20,000 bases of DNA from Chiloscyllium plagiosum (GCF_004010195.1 NC_057719.1:29800592-29820591), one strand, 5' to 3'. Positions 1 through 9,562 are shown, counted from the stretch's first letter. Notes: generated by a model not told the origin, from the sequence alone. Made by a program: numbers and translations.

Positions 1-246
1 TGTCTTTATAGATAGTAGCGCAACACATATAAAAAGTCTTATTTGTTCTTTATAATCCTTCCTGGTTCTCTCTCCATTTATGTTTCTTTTCCTATTTATC
101 TGCTTTTTAGACACTATTTGCTGGACTTTGAACATGTGCCAATCTTGAAGCTAGCCGCTACGCTTGCGGTATTATAAGCTTATTATTTTCATCTAATGTA
201 ATCCTTAATATCCATTGTTGGCCATGATATTTCCACACTGAATTTT
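1..246 (-). mobile_element. Ancient, highly decayed CR1 LINE ORF2 fragment (tether region between endonuclease and RT)
   Basis: The reverse complement (tcatggccaacaatggatattaaggattacattaga...gcttataat...gattggcacatgttcaaagtccagcaa...ataaagaacaaataagactttttatatg) aligns by eye with the PWLTKEVKDSIK...AYN...QQ...NIK...FF.Y segment of the CR1 at about 8400-8605. Confidence 0.6.
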
Positions 247-248
247 TA

Positions 249-273
249 CTCTATAAACTTGTGTATAAGTTGA
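249..273 (+). repeat. Left terminal inverted repeat of the pogo/Tc2-like element
   Basis: CTCTATAAACTTGTGTATAAGTTGA versus the reverse complement of 5685-5709, CCATATATACTCATATATAGGTCGA: 17/25 identical. Most differences fit CpG decay of a CCGTATATACTCGCGTATAAGTCGA-like ancestor (Tc2-type CCGTA start). Confidence 0.75.
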
Positions 274-807
274 ATTTTGAAGATCATTTATTTAAGCTGA
301 AATTAGAGGGTCGACTAATACATGAGGTATTGTTTTTGAGGGGATGAAATTCATGCTAGGAGTCAAAAAATGGACAAACAAGAGCCAGATCTCTATATAA
401 AATAATAAACAGCAAAGGAAAAATAATTATAGTCATTATTGAATATCTATTTACAAAATAACTGTCTCAATTCTACTTGCTATGGCAGAAAGTATTGTTG
501 TATCTTATTCCAGTTACCAGTACCGTCAAGTGCATGTTGGTATACATATATGTACAATGTTAATAGACATACCAGCTGGTGGTCAGGCCATCTACCGAGG
601 GTATTTGTACAATACACAATTCATGAAATAAAAACAAAAAAAAGACTGATAATATTTTATTTAAAAAAACCAGATAAAACTATTAATATTATATGGTAAA
701 CACTTTACATCAAAAAACTGATATTCACAGCAAATGACTCTTCTCATTGTATATCACAGATATTATGGGATAGCTGCTTAAAACAAAAGTTACATGCAAA
801 AGTCCCA

Positions 808-2114
808 TTAGAATCCTTCAAATTCACTGTCCTCATCACATGCACCACTTAATAAATCATTCCAGTCGTCTGGATCAAGCATATCGTCATATAGATCATC
901 ATCTGCAGTCTCAAGGGGATCATCAATTGATTTTTCATCACTTCCATCTGACCGTAAATAGCCATCCTCCATACCATTAAAGTAATAGATTTTCCACATT
1001 TTTTGAAGGCTTTCACAATAATTTCAGTTTTCCTCATCTTCCAGGACTCAATAATCCACACACATACAGTTGCAAGTAATGGAGCACGCATGTTGCCACC
1101 CTTTGTGAAGCTTTTTTCTCTACTTGCATCCAAGTGTTCCATTTCTTCTCTACTAAGTCCTTAAAAAGTTTATTGATGCTAACATCCAGTGTCTGTACCA
1201 TGCTTGTAAGGCCTCCAGGAATCATTGCAATGTTAGTATTTTAGCTCAAAAGTTCACTGATAACAGTTTTCACTCTGTGTGATTTGAACATATCCCAAAC
1301 CAGTAAGCTTTTTGCATTTCTAAGTCCACTTGGTTGCATATTCCATTCCTCCCAGTCCAATTCTTGCAGCCACTTTCATCCATTCACCTTTTTTCCAAAG
1401 ACTAGGACAACAATACCTTTCAGAAATTTCTGTTTGGGTGCGCTTTCTGCTTAAAAATCACCATAGGCTTTAACTTTGTTCCATTTGCCACACAACCAAG
1501 TGCCACAGTGAATTGACTCCTTTCATGGCCAGTAGTCTTAACTAAAACTGTTTTTGCACTAATCTTGTCATCAGTTCTGTTCCCTGCCACATTCTGTTCA
1601 TTGGGATCTTGTTGATATTGCCGATGCATGAGAGTCTGCACTCGTTTTTCTTCCGACTTCTGATTACAAAGCAATGGACCTCAATTAACTTGTCATTAGG
1701 TTCTGCTGGTAGACATTGGGCAATCTTGGTTTTCTGTCTGAGCACTAAATCATACCTTTTCATGGACCGACTGCACCATCTAGCACTGGCTTTGAAATCA
1801 CTGAATCAATCTTTTTTTGCTCCTTTTTGGCACGAATTCTTATGCTTGGCGAGTCACTATGCTTCCATTCTGACGACACTGAATTACCCAGTTAGCAACC
1901 TTTTCTTCTAGTTGTGGCCACTTGTTAGGCTTTCCTTGGTCGGCATACCTCTGTTTTGGCACAGCTTTTAACTGTGTGGCTTTTCTCCTCCAATCTCGGA
2001 CATGTTTTTCCAGAAACATAGGCCCTTGCAGCTACGCTTATTGTTGTTCTTCTCTGCAACCTCAATAAGTTAAAGTTTAAACTGTACTGTATACTCTTTT
2101 CTTCATGATGCCAT
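808..2114 (-). pseudogene. pogo-family transposase pseudogene (Brinker-like DBD, CENP-B/Tc5 HTH, DDE_1; POGK-like architecture)
   Basis: Pieces across frames: MAS*RKEYTVQFKL (ATG at 2114), KWPQLEEKVANWV, FKASARWCSRSMKRYDLVLRQKTKIAQ, GNINKIPM (first catalytic D lost), TTGHERSQFTVALGCVANGTKLKPMVIFK, LLVWDMFKSH...IPGGLTSMVQTLDVSINK (35 aa between D2 and D3), IVKAFKKCG, and an acidic tail ending EFEGF. Multiple stops and frameshifts. Confidence 0.92.
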
Positions 2115-2352
2115 TTTGTCAGAAAAAATTGGGGGAGTTTTACAATATGTTCAGAGCACAACCGTACATTACACCTACTTCTAAGAAATCAAAGTAACAG
2201 TGGGAATACAAGGTCGCAGGCTCCCATAAGGTAGATAGTTGCATGCACAGATCAAATAGATATATGTAAATAGTACAAAAATAAACATATACATTATCAA
2301 CATTCAATTTAATGATTTGAAAATCATGTTACCCAAATATATCCTGGTGCAT

Positions 2353-5300
2353 GTAACATGTGATGACCCAGGTGATGTTATCAACCTAGACTTCCGAAAG
2401 GCCTTTGATAAGATGCCTCATGGGAGCCTGCTGAGTAAGGTGAAGGCCCATGGTGTTTGAGGTGAGCTACTGGCATGGATTGAGGATTGGCTGACAGAAG
2501 GCAGAGAGTTGGGATAAACGGGTCTTTTTCAGAATGGCAGCTAGAGACAAGTGGTGTCCCACAGCGTTCAGTGTTGAGGTCCCAGCTGTTCACTTTATAT
2601 ATAAATGATCTGGATGAAGAGACTGGGGGCATTTGGTGAAGTTCACTATGATGCGAAGTTAGGTGGACAGGCAGGTAGTTCTGAGGAAGTGGAGAGGCTA
2701 CAGAAAGATTTAGGCAGTTTAGGAGAATGGTCCAAGAAATGGCTGATGAAATTCAATGTGAGCAAATGTGAAGTCTTGCACTTGGAAAAAAGAACACAGG
2801 CATGTACTATTTTATAAACGGTGAAAAAATTCATAAAGTCAAAGTACAAAGGGATCTGGGAGTGCTAGTACAGGATTCTCTAAAGGTTGACTTGCAGGTT
2901 GAGTCCATGGTTAAGAAAGCAAATGTAATAGAACATAGAACATTACAACGCAGAACAGACCCTTCGGCTCTCAATGTTGTGCCAACCTGTGAACTATTTT
3001 CAGCTCATCCCCCTACACTATCCCCAAATCATCCAAAATTATCTAAGGACTGTTTAAATCTCCCTAATGTGGCTGAGTTGACTACATTAGCAGGTAGGGC
3101 ATTCCACACCCTTACCACTCTATGCGTAAAGAACCTGCCTTTGACATCTGTCTTAAATCTATCCCCCTGAATTTGTAGTTATGCCCCCTCGTACACACTG
3201 GCATCATCATCCTAGGAAAAAGAGTTTTGCTGTCTACCCTATCTAATCCTCTGACCATCTTGTATGTCTCTATCAAATCCCCTCTTAGCCTTCTCCTTGC
3301 CAATGAGAACAGGTTAAAGTCTCTTAGCCTTTCCTCATAAGACCTTCCCTTCAGACCAGGCAACATCCTGGTAAATCTCCTCTGCACCTTTTCCAATGCT
3401 TCTACATCCTTCCCGAAATATGGGGAGCAGAACTGTACACAATATTCCAAGTGTGGCCGCACCAGCGTTTTGTATAGTTGCAGCATGATATTGCGGCTCC
3501 GGAACTCAATCCCTCTACGAATGAAACTTAACACACTGTATGCCTTCTTAACAGCACTATCCAACTGGGTGGCAACTTTCAGGGGTCTATGTACATGGAC
3601 TCCAAAATCCCTCTGCACATTCACACTACCAAGAATCTTTCCATCAACCCAGTACTGACAAACAGCAGTGGTCCCAAAACAGATCCTTGTGGCGCACCAC
3701 TAGTAACCGGACTCCAGGCTGAATATTTTCCATCAAACACCACTCGCTGCCTTCTTTCAGAAAGCCAGTTTCTAATCCAAACTGTGCCTCTGCATTTTCT
3801 CCAACAGCCTGCCATGTGGAACCTTATCAAATGCTTTACTGAAGTCCATGTATACCACGTCAACTTCCCTACCCTCATCTACATGCTTGGTCACCTTCTC
3901 AAAAAGCTCAATGAAGTTTGTGAGACGCGACCTGCCCTTGACGAAACCATGTTGACTATCTGAAATCAAATTATTGCTTGCTAGGTGATTATAAATCTTA
4001 TCTCTTATAATCCTTTCCAAAATCTTTACTACAACAGAAGTAAGGCTCACCGGTCTATAATTACCTGGGTTCATCTCTACTGCCCTTCTTGAACAAGGGC
4101 ACAACATTTGCAATCTTCCAGTCCTCTGGTACCAAGCCTGTAGCCAATGATGACTTAAATATCAAAGCCAAAGACTCTGCTATCTCCTCCCTAGCTTCCC
4201 AGAGAATCCTCGGATAAATCCCATCCGGCCCAGGGGACTTGTTTACTTTCACTCCTTCCAGAATTGATAACACCTGTTCATAACTAACCTGGATCCTTTC
4301 TAGTCTAATATCTCATCCCTCATTCTTCTCCTCTACAATATTAACCTTTTCCTGAGTGAAAAATGATGAGAAATGTTCGTTTAGCACCTCTCCGATCTCC
4401 ACAGGGTCCACACTCAACTTCCCACTTCTGTCTTTGATTGACCCTTTTCCTACCCTAATCATCCTTTTATTCCTCACATATCTTTAGAAAGCTTTAGGGT
4501 TCTCCTTTATTCTATTTGCTTAAGATTACTCATGTCCTCTCTTTGCTCTTCTTAGCTCTCTCTTTAAATCCTTCCTAGCTCATCTGTACCTCTCCATCGC
4601 CTCATCTGAACCATCTTGCCTCATCAACACATAAGCCTCCTTCTTCTTCGTAACAAGAGATGCAATTTCTGTTGTAAACCACGGTTCCCTTATCTTATCA
4701 CTTCCTCCCTGCCTGACAGGGACATACCTATCACGGACGCGCAATATCTGTTCCTTAAACCAGCTCCACATTTCCATTGTCTGCATCTCCCACATTTTGC
4801 TATCCCATTCTATGCATCCTAATTCTTGCCTAATCGTGTTATAATTTCCCCTGCCCCATCGATAACTCTTGACCTGTGGCATGCACCTATCTGTTTCCAC
4901 TTGTCATTTATTTCAAGAGGGTTAGAATGTAAAAGCAGTGAGGTACTAGTAAGACTTTATAAAGCTCTGGTTAGGTCCCATTTAGAATATTGTGTCCAGT
5001 TTTGGGACCCACCCCTCAGGAAGGACATACTGGCACTGGAGCCAGCAGAGATTCACACGGATGATCCCTGGAATGGTAGGCCTAACATACGATGAACGGC
5101 TGAGCATCCTGGTATTGTATTCATTAGAGTTCAGAAGGTTGAGAGGAGATCTAATAGAAACTTACAAGATAATGCATGGCTTAGAAAGGGTGGACACTGG
5201 GAAATTGTTTCCGTCAGGTGGGGATACTAGGACTTGTGGGCACAGCCTTAGAATCAGAGGGGGTCAATTTAGAACAGAAATAGGAGACATTTCTTCAGCC

Positions 5301-5525
5301 AGAGAGTGGTGGGCCTGTGGAATTCACTACCATGGAGCGCAGTGGAGGCCGGGACTTCAAATGTCTTCAAGGCAGAGATTAATTCTTAATCTTGCAAGGA
5401 ATTAAAGGATATGGGGAGAGTGCGGGTGAGTGGCGTTGAAGTGTCCATCAGCCATGATTGAATGGCGGAGTGGACCCGATGGGCTGAATGTCCTTACTTC
5501 CACTCCTTTTTTCTTATGGTCTTAT
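2353..5525 (+). mobile_element. 5'-truncated CR1 LINE (RT plus 3' UTR), split in two (2353-2929 and 4901-5525)
   Basis: DPGDVINLDFRKAFDK, W.MKFNVSKCEVLHL, QRDLGVLVQDSLKV, KKANV|LSFISRG (joins across 2929/4901), [33 protein letters not shown], and a tcttatggtcttat tail. Possible 5-bp TSD tgcat at 2348-2352 and 5526-5530. Confidence 0.9.
2930..4900 (-). mobile_element. Younger 5'-truncated CR1 LINE inserted antisense into the preceding CR1; internal deletions include the FADD motif
   Basis: ORFs 4580-4900 (EPWFT), 4061-4273 (KSPGPDGIYPRIL), 3772-4113 ([29 protein letters not shown]), 3621-3878 ([14 protein letters not shown]) and 3112-3624 (LVRPHLEYC, RRRLRGDLIE). (CTATGTT)n tail at 2930-2943. 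GPLLFV is joined directly to post-RT sequence at about 3656. Confidence 0.95.
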
Positions 5526-5684
5526 TGCATTTGAATCAGAAATGTGCAAATCGTGCCCTTTAAGACTGCATGCATGGTCAAAAAGAGAGCTCTGAAAAAC
5601 TATAGTTGACTTATACATCATATACAGGTATATGAAAATTACAAGATTTGTTTGGCCAAAATAAGGGGTTACTTATATATGAAA

Positions 5685-5709
5685 TCGACCTATATATGAG
5701 TATATATGG
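5685..5709 (-). repeat. Right terminal inverted repeat of the pogo/Tc2-like element
   Basis: tcgacctatatatgagtatatatgg followed by TA. Extra subterminal copies of the TATAAGTCGAC-like motif lie at about 5604-5618 and 5668-5680. Confidence 0.75.
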
Positions 5710-6033
5710 TAGCTTTGTTATTCAGCTGATATAAAGGTATAATTCTTACCTGATTATTGTTTACGCTTGGTACAAGCTTCCAATTATGTCTTATTTAATG
5801 CTCTGCCCAATGGTATAACTACTGTAAGAAGATCTATAAGCTACTCCAACCAGCACTTTCTGATTTATGATTTCTTGTCTTCACCCAGACTGATTGTTCT
5901 TCTAATTCTAATTCCTGAACATCTGAAACAAGATCCTTTCTTACTACTTTAAAATAATCCTTTATTATCAAAGTTACTCCTGCTTGTTTTCCATTCAAAA
6001 TAATAAATACCCTGGAATATATTGCTCAACTTT

Positions 6034-6195
6034 TGCTATAAATTCTATGCCTTACAACTGTGCCCTCCACAACCACCTGATGAAGGAGCAGTGCTCCGAA
6101 AGCTAGTGCTTCCAATTAAACCTGTTGGACTATAACCTGGTGTTGTGTGATTTTTAACTTTGTACACCCGAGTCCAACACTGGCATCTCCAAATC
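6034..6195 (+). mobile_element. Short Penelope-like (pLTR-type) insertion, family 1, carrying a hammerhead motif
   Basis: 13-bp TSD with one mismatch: attgctcaacttt (6021-6033) and attactcaacttt (6196-6208). Contains a CTGATGA...GAAA core and an ATTAAA at 6115-6120. The PLE assignment rests on the known PLE-hammerhead association and on recall of shark repeats. Confidence 0.7.
6074..6108 (+). ncRNA. Minimal type I hammerhead ribozyme motif
   Basis: CAC (stem I) - CUGAUGA (6077-6083) - extra A - GGAGC/agu/GCUCC (stem II) - GAAA (6098-6101) - GCUA (palindromic AGCU stem III, CUA cleavage triplet) - GUG (stem I'). Confidence 0.8.
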
Positions 6196-6603
6196 ATTAC
6201 TCAACTTTGGTCACCTTGCAATCATGTTGTCATATATCAAACCCACTTATCTCTATTTGGGTCATTAGTTATATTGTTATGAATGCTTTGTAAAGCCTTT
6301 AATCTTAATTTTTGAATCACTATTCCTTGTTTGTACATTATTCATTGACATCTAGTATCTATCCTTGTCTCTTCCCATTCCATTCTCCCTCATTTTATCC
6401 AAATCACTTCACTTCTCTATTGTCTTGACCTTTCTGTTTAAATTTCAAAATTTCCCTTCTCCTGATTTCTCAACAGTCTCCCGCACAACCCTTTTAATTC
6501 AAAACCCTGCCCAGTACCGTAGTTATTATGATTCAAAGTTGATTAACTCAATTGGTGATCGGCTGGTATATAATGAGAATGATGCCAACAGCACAGGTTC
6601 AAT

Positions 6604-6826
6604 TCTTGCACTACTGAGGTTACTGTGAAGGACTATCCCTCTTAACCCTCCCCTGAGACAACCAGTTGTCTCCCTCGGGGCGATGTGGACTTGTTGGGCC
6701 GAAGGGCCTGTTTCCACACTGTAAGTAATCTAATCTAATCTAATCTAATCTAATCTTGCACTGCTGAGGTTACTGTGAACGACTATCCCTCTTAACCCTC
6801 CCCTGAGACAACCAGTTGTCTCCCTC
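6604..6826 (+). repeat. 73-bp direct repeat (6604-6676 and 6754-6826) flanking a retro-insert
   Basis: tcttgcact(a/g)ctgaggttactgtgaa(g/c)gactatccctcttaaccctcccctgagacaaccagttgtctccctc; 71/73 identical. Confidence 0.95.
6677..6755 (+). mobile_element. 3' end of an HE1 V-SINE / HER1-type CR1 with a (TAATC)6 tail
   Basis: tgtggacttgttgggccgaagggcctgtttccacactgtaag followed by taatc x6 (6726-6755). Contains the CR1 3' hairpin GGCC-GAAG-GGCC. Confidence 0.8.
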
Positions 6827-7211
6827 TCTCTGATGAGTGATCGGCCCTATACTTCTTTCGGATTGTGGTGACTTTTTATGACTCGGCAGGATGCTGAATG
6901 CAGCCCAATTGAAGTGGAGCTCATCCCAACAGAACAGTTCCTTCATCTCCATGTTCTGCTATCAGCCTCCCATGAATCAAGATCACTTATCACACATCAC
7001 ATATGTCACTCCTCAAGCCACACATTAATTGCTTGCCCCTATGCATTTTGTAAATGGTCCAGGTAATATTTCAAAAATTGAGGTTTTGAGATTCATGAAT
7101 TTTAAATTGAACCATAACTCCCTAAAATTTTCCAACAGAAAAATATATGTTCTACATATATCATTGGTGATCATGTGGACTTTGACAAACAGATCTTCCC
7201 CTTACTTCTTT

Positions 7212-7303
7212 GGTTTAGACAGTACATTTGGATTGGCTCAGGTTTGGAGGGCCAAAGGGTCTGTTCCTGGGCTGTAAATTTTCTTTGTTCTTCTTTATTC
7301 TTT
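7212..7303 (+). mobile_element. Short CR1 3'-end fragment with a (TTCTTTG)-like tail
   Basis: gggccaaagggtctgttcctgggctgtaaattttctttgttcttctttattcttt. ttcttt occurs on both sides (7206-7211 and 7298-7303). Confidence 0.7.
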
Positions 7304-7525
7304 AATGCAGTTCTAGCAACAAGGTGATGTCTTTCAGACAAGCACTGAATAGAAAACACAATCTTCAGCACTGCTGAAAACAGTACCCAGCCTCTTAATT
7401 ATATTGTTGCTATCATTACCACATTTTTTTTATTCTACCTACTGGAATATCATCCTATATGATGGTGAATTTGTCTATCCAGCTGGGAGTCCTTGTTATC
7501 ATTCACATAGGGAACAAATACTTTG

Positions 7526-7621
7526 GATTCTGGATTAGTGGTGCTGGAAGAGCACAGCAATTCAGGCAGCATCCGAGGACAGGCAAAATCGACGTTTCGG
7601 GCAAAAGCCCTTCATCAGGAA
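7526..7621 (-). mobile_element. Short Penelope-like (pLTR-type) fragment, family 2, copy 1
   Basis: About 96 bp nearly identical to 8669-8764 (2 mismatches by eye). Interrupts the ancient CR1 ORF1. Confidence 0.75.
7589..7620 (-). ncRNA. Minimal type I hammerhead ribozyme motif
   Basis: Minus strand: UC-CUGAUGA-A-GGGC/UUUU/GCCC-GAAA-CGUC-GA. Palindromic ACGU stem III, GUC cleavage triplet, only 2 bp of stem I. Confidence 0.7.
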
Positions 7622-8636
7622 CGGACCTGTTGACCAAAGCTAAATGGCAATGTTCCTCAATCACTATGTCCAGAATCCCAATATTCATCCTATCGAAAAG
7701 ATAGGCAGGTGGGCAGAGGAGGTACGGTTGCCTAGTTGGAAAGAAATAAAATCAAATCAGGAGTAGGAAACGAAGTCAGGCCAGATGGTGTGGAATCTGT
7801 TTGGGTAGAATTGAGGAACCGCAAAGATAAAAAAAAATCATAATTGGATTTGTGTACAGGCAACCAAACAGTAGTCAGAAGCTGGGGTACAAGATAGACA
7901 AGGAGATAGAAAAGATGTGTAGGAGAGGCAAAGTTACAGTGATCATGGGAAATTCCAGTATGCAGGTGGACTGGGAAAATCATGTTGGTAGTGGATTGCA
8001 AGAAAAAGAATTTGTGGAATATCTACAAGATGGTGTTTTGAAGCAGCTGGTAGTGGAGCCCACCATGGAACAGGCAATACTAGATTTAGTGTTGTGCAAT
8101 GAGGCAGACTTGATAAGGGAGCTTAAGCTGAAGAAGCCCTGAGGAGACAGTGATCATAATATGATTGAATTTACTCTGCAATTTGAGAGGGAGAAGAAAG
8201 AATCAGAGGTAACGGTATTACAGCTGAATAAAGGCAACTACGGAAGCATGAGGGAGGAGCTGGGTAGAATTTACTGGGAGATGAGCCGAGCAGGAAAGAC
8301 AGTGGAATAGCAATGGCAGCAGCTTTTGGGAATAAGTCAGGAGAAGAAGAAGAAATTCTTCCCGAATAAAAAGAAGCATGGTACAGGGAGGATGCGGCAA
8401 CCATGGCTGACTAAGGAAGTCAAGGATAGCATAAAAGCAAAAGAGGAAGTATATAATGTGGGGAAGAGCAGTGAGAAACCAGAGGAAGCTTACAAAGACC
8501 AACAGAGGGCAATGAAAAAAGAAATAAGGAGGAAGAAGATTAAATATCAGCTTAAGCTAGCCGGTAATATAAAGGAAGACTGTAGGAGTTTCTTTACATA
8601 TATATAGGGGAAAAGAGAGGCAAAAGTAAACATTGG

Positions 8637-8762
8637 ATAAAAACAATGACTGCAGATGCTGAAAACCAGATTCTGGATCAGTGGTGCTGGAAGAGCACAG
8701 CAATTCAGGCAGCATCTGAGGACAGGCAAAATCGACGTTTCGGGCAAAAGCCCTTCATCAGG
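8637..8762 (-). mobile_element. Short Penelope-like (pLTR-type) insertion, family 2, copy 2
   Basis: 126-bp insert with a perfect 15-bp TSD aaaagtaaacattgg (8622-8636 and 8763-8777) inside CR1 ORF2. Confidence 0.85.
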
Positions 8763-8763
8763 A
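8732..8763 (-). ncRNA. Minimal type I hammerhead ribozyme motif
   Basis: Identical core to 7589-7620: CUGAUGA (complement of 8755-8761), GGGC/UUUU/GCCC stem II, GAAACGUC. Confidence 0.7.
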
Positions 8764-8866
8764 AAAGTAAACATTGGGCCACTGAAAAATGACGCAGGAT
8801 TGGTAATAGTGGGGAACAAGGAAACGGCTGACAAACTATATCAGTCTTCACAGTGGAAGACATGAG

Positions 8867-9562
8867 TGTTACGAAGGTGTAGAAGTGTATTGTACCTTTA
8901 AGAGAGTGAAGGACTTGGCAAGCACCCTGAGACTTTACAATGTAACATTTGGTTCAGAACAGATAGCACTGGCTGAGTTGCTATGAAACAAAACAAGTTC
9001 AAATTTGGCTAATCAGTTTAAAGTATACACTGAAAATACCAAATTCCAATCAAGCTTGAATTGAATATATTGACAATCTTAAAAGCCAATCACACAATCC
9101 AATGCTTTGAGCATATAAGACTGGGGAAAATTGAATAATTGAGATGAGAACTGCCAATCCACCAACATGTAAAGACTGCCTGAAAAATAGCTCTCTTAAA
9201 GGTACCTCTATCGATCAGTAAACTATGAAGCAGAATCCCCAAGAAGAAGAAAAGAAGACAGGAATACAGAGAAGAACTGAAAGCTGCCTAGTTTTGAGAT
9301 AAGAAGTTCAGTTTTGTAAACTTTAATCAGCAATATTTTCAGACTAGTATTGTAGAAGGGGAAGGTAAAAGGTAGGTTAGAGGAAGGAGTTGTAAATAGT
9401 TGCTAGTTAATTACTCTCTGTTATACTTTAAGAAACAAAGTTGTTAATTTTTACTTTAAATAGTTCTTGGCCTCTCGAATTTTCACATATTACTGCAGGG
9501 GAGAAATCTTTTCTGTGTTGCTGGCTTTAAATTGGCAGAGGGGTTTACCCTGTGTCGTAACA
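8867..9562 (+). mobile_element. Solo LTR (subfamily A) of a Gypsy/Gmr1-like retrotransposon
   Basis: TGTTACGA...TCGTAACA termini (8-bp perfect inverted repeat). 4-bp TSD tgag/tgaa. Homologous to 16298-17020 and more distantly to the LTR at 10792-11546. Confidence 0.88.

Larger units (their letters stand above)
249..5709 (-). mobile_element. pogo-superfamily (Tc2/Passer-like, DD35D) DNA transposon, full length but decayed, interrupted by nested CR1s
   Basis: TA dinucleotides at 247-248 and 5710-5711. Imperfect 25-bp TIRs at 249-273 and 5685-5709. Transposase pseudogene at 808-2114. The 5' non-coding part resumes at 5526 after the CR1 insertion. Confidence 0.85.
6535..6875 (+). mobile_element. 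tRNA-derived SINE (old)
   Basis: A-box-like taactcaattgg (6544-6555) and B-box-like ggttcaattct (6596-6606). 9-bp TSD ttatgattc (6526-6534) and ttatgactc (6876-6884). Confidence 0.7.
5712..7679 (-). mobile_element. Remainder of the ancient CR1 LINE: endonuclease N-terminus and ORF1 (SGNH esterase-like), fragmented by younger inserts
   Basis: Degenerate endonuclease start at about 6209-6300 (WLQGDQ readable at ggtcaccttgcaatca). ORF 6770-6952 KELFCWDELHFNWAA resembles the CR1 ORF1 RELYRWDGLHLN motif. ORF 7503-7688 GILDIVIEEHCHLALVNRS resembles the ORF1 ...PLPLSNRF motif. The flanks rejoin across inserts that have TSDs. Confidence 0.65.

Noticed and set aside
439..699. 86-aa plus-strand ORF, and other short antisense ORFs such as 1609-1911, 3589-3963, 12990-13337 and 13989-14267
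   Set aside because: No recognisable motifs; they lie in transposon UTRs or are shadow frames of TE coding sequence.
808..2114. Functional domesticated POGK/TIGD-like host gene
   Set aside because: Many stops and frameshifts, loss of the first catalytic D, and flanking TIRs with a TA TSD indicate a dead transposon.
2175..2215. Minus-strand splice acceptor (ttactttgatttcttag) upstream of the transposase ATG
   Set aside because: Plausible 5' UTR intron, but no donor can be supported and such motifs are common in AT-rich DNA.
6540..6610. Genuine tRNA genes here and at 11605-11695
   Set aside because: The A/B boxes are decayed, no cloverleaf could be folded, and both continue into SINE bodies.
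6604..6826. CRISPR-like repeat-spacer-repeat
   Set aside because: Only two 73-bp repeats, the spacer is a retroposon tail, the context is eukaryotic and no cas genes are present.
6830..6870. CTGATGA in the SINE body as a fourth hammerhead
   Set aside because: No stem II followed by GAAA downstream; chance match.
8867..9562. MITE or DNA transposon, because of the 8-bp terminal inverted repeats
   Set aside because: TG...CA ends, a 4-bp TSD and homology to the PBS-adjacent LTR at 10792-11546 identify it as a solo LTR.
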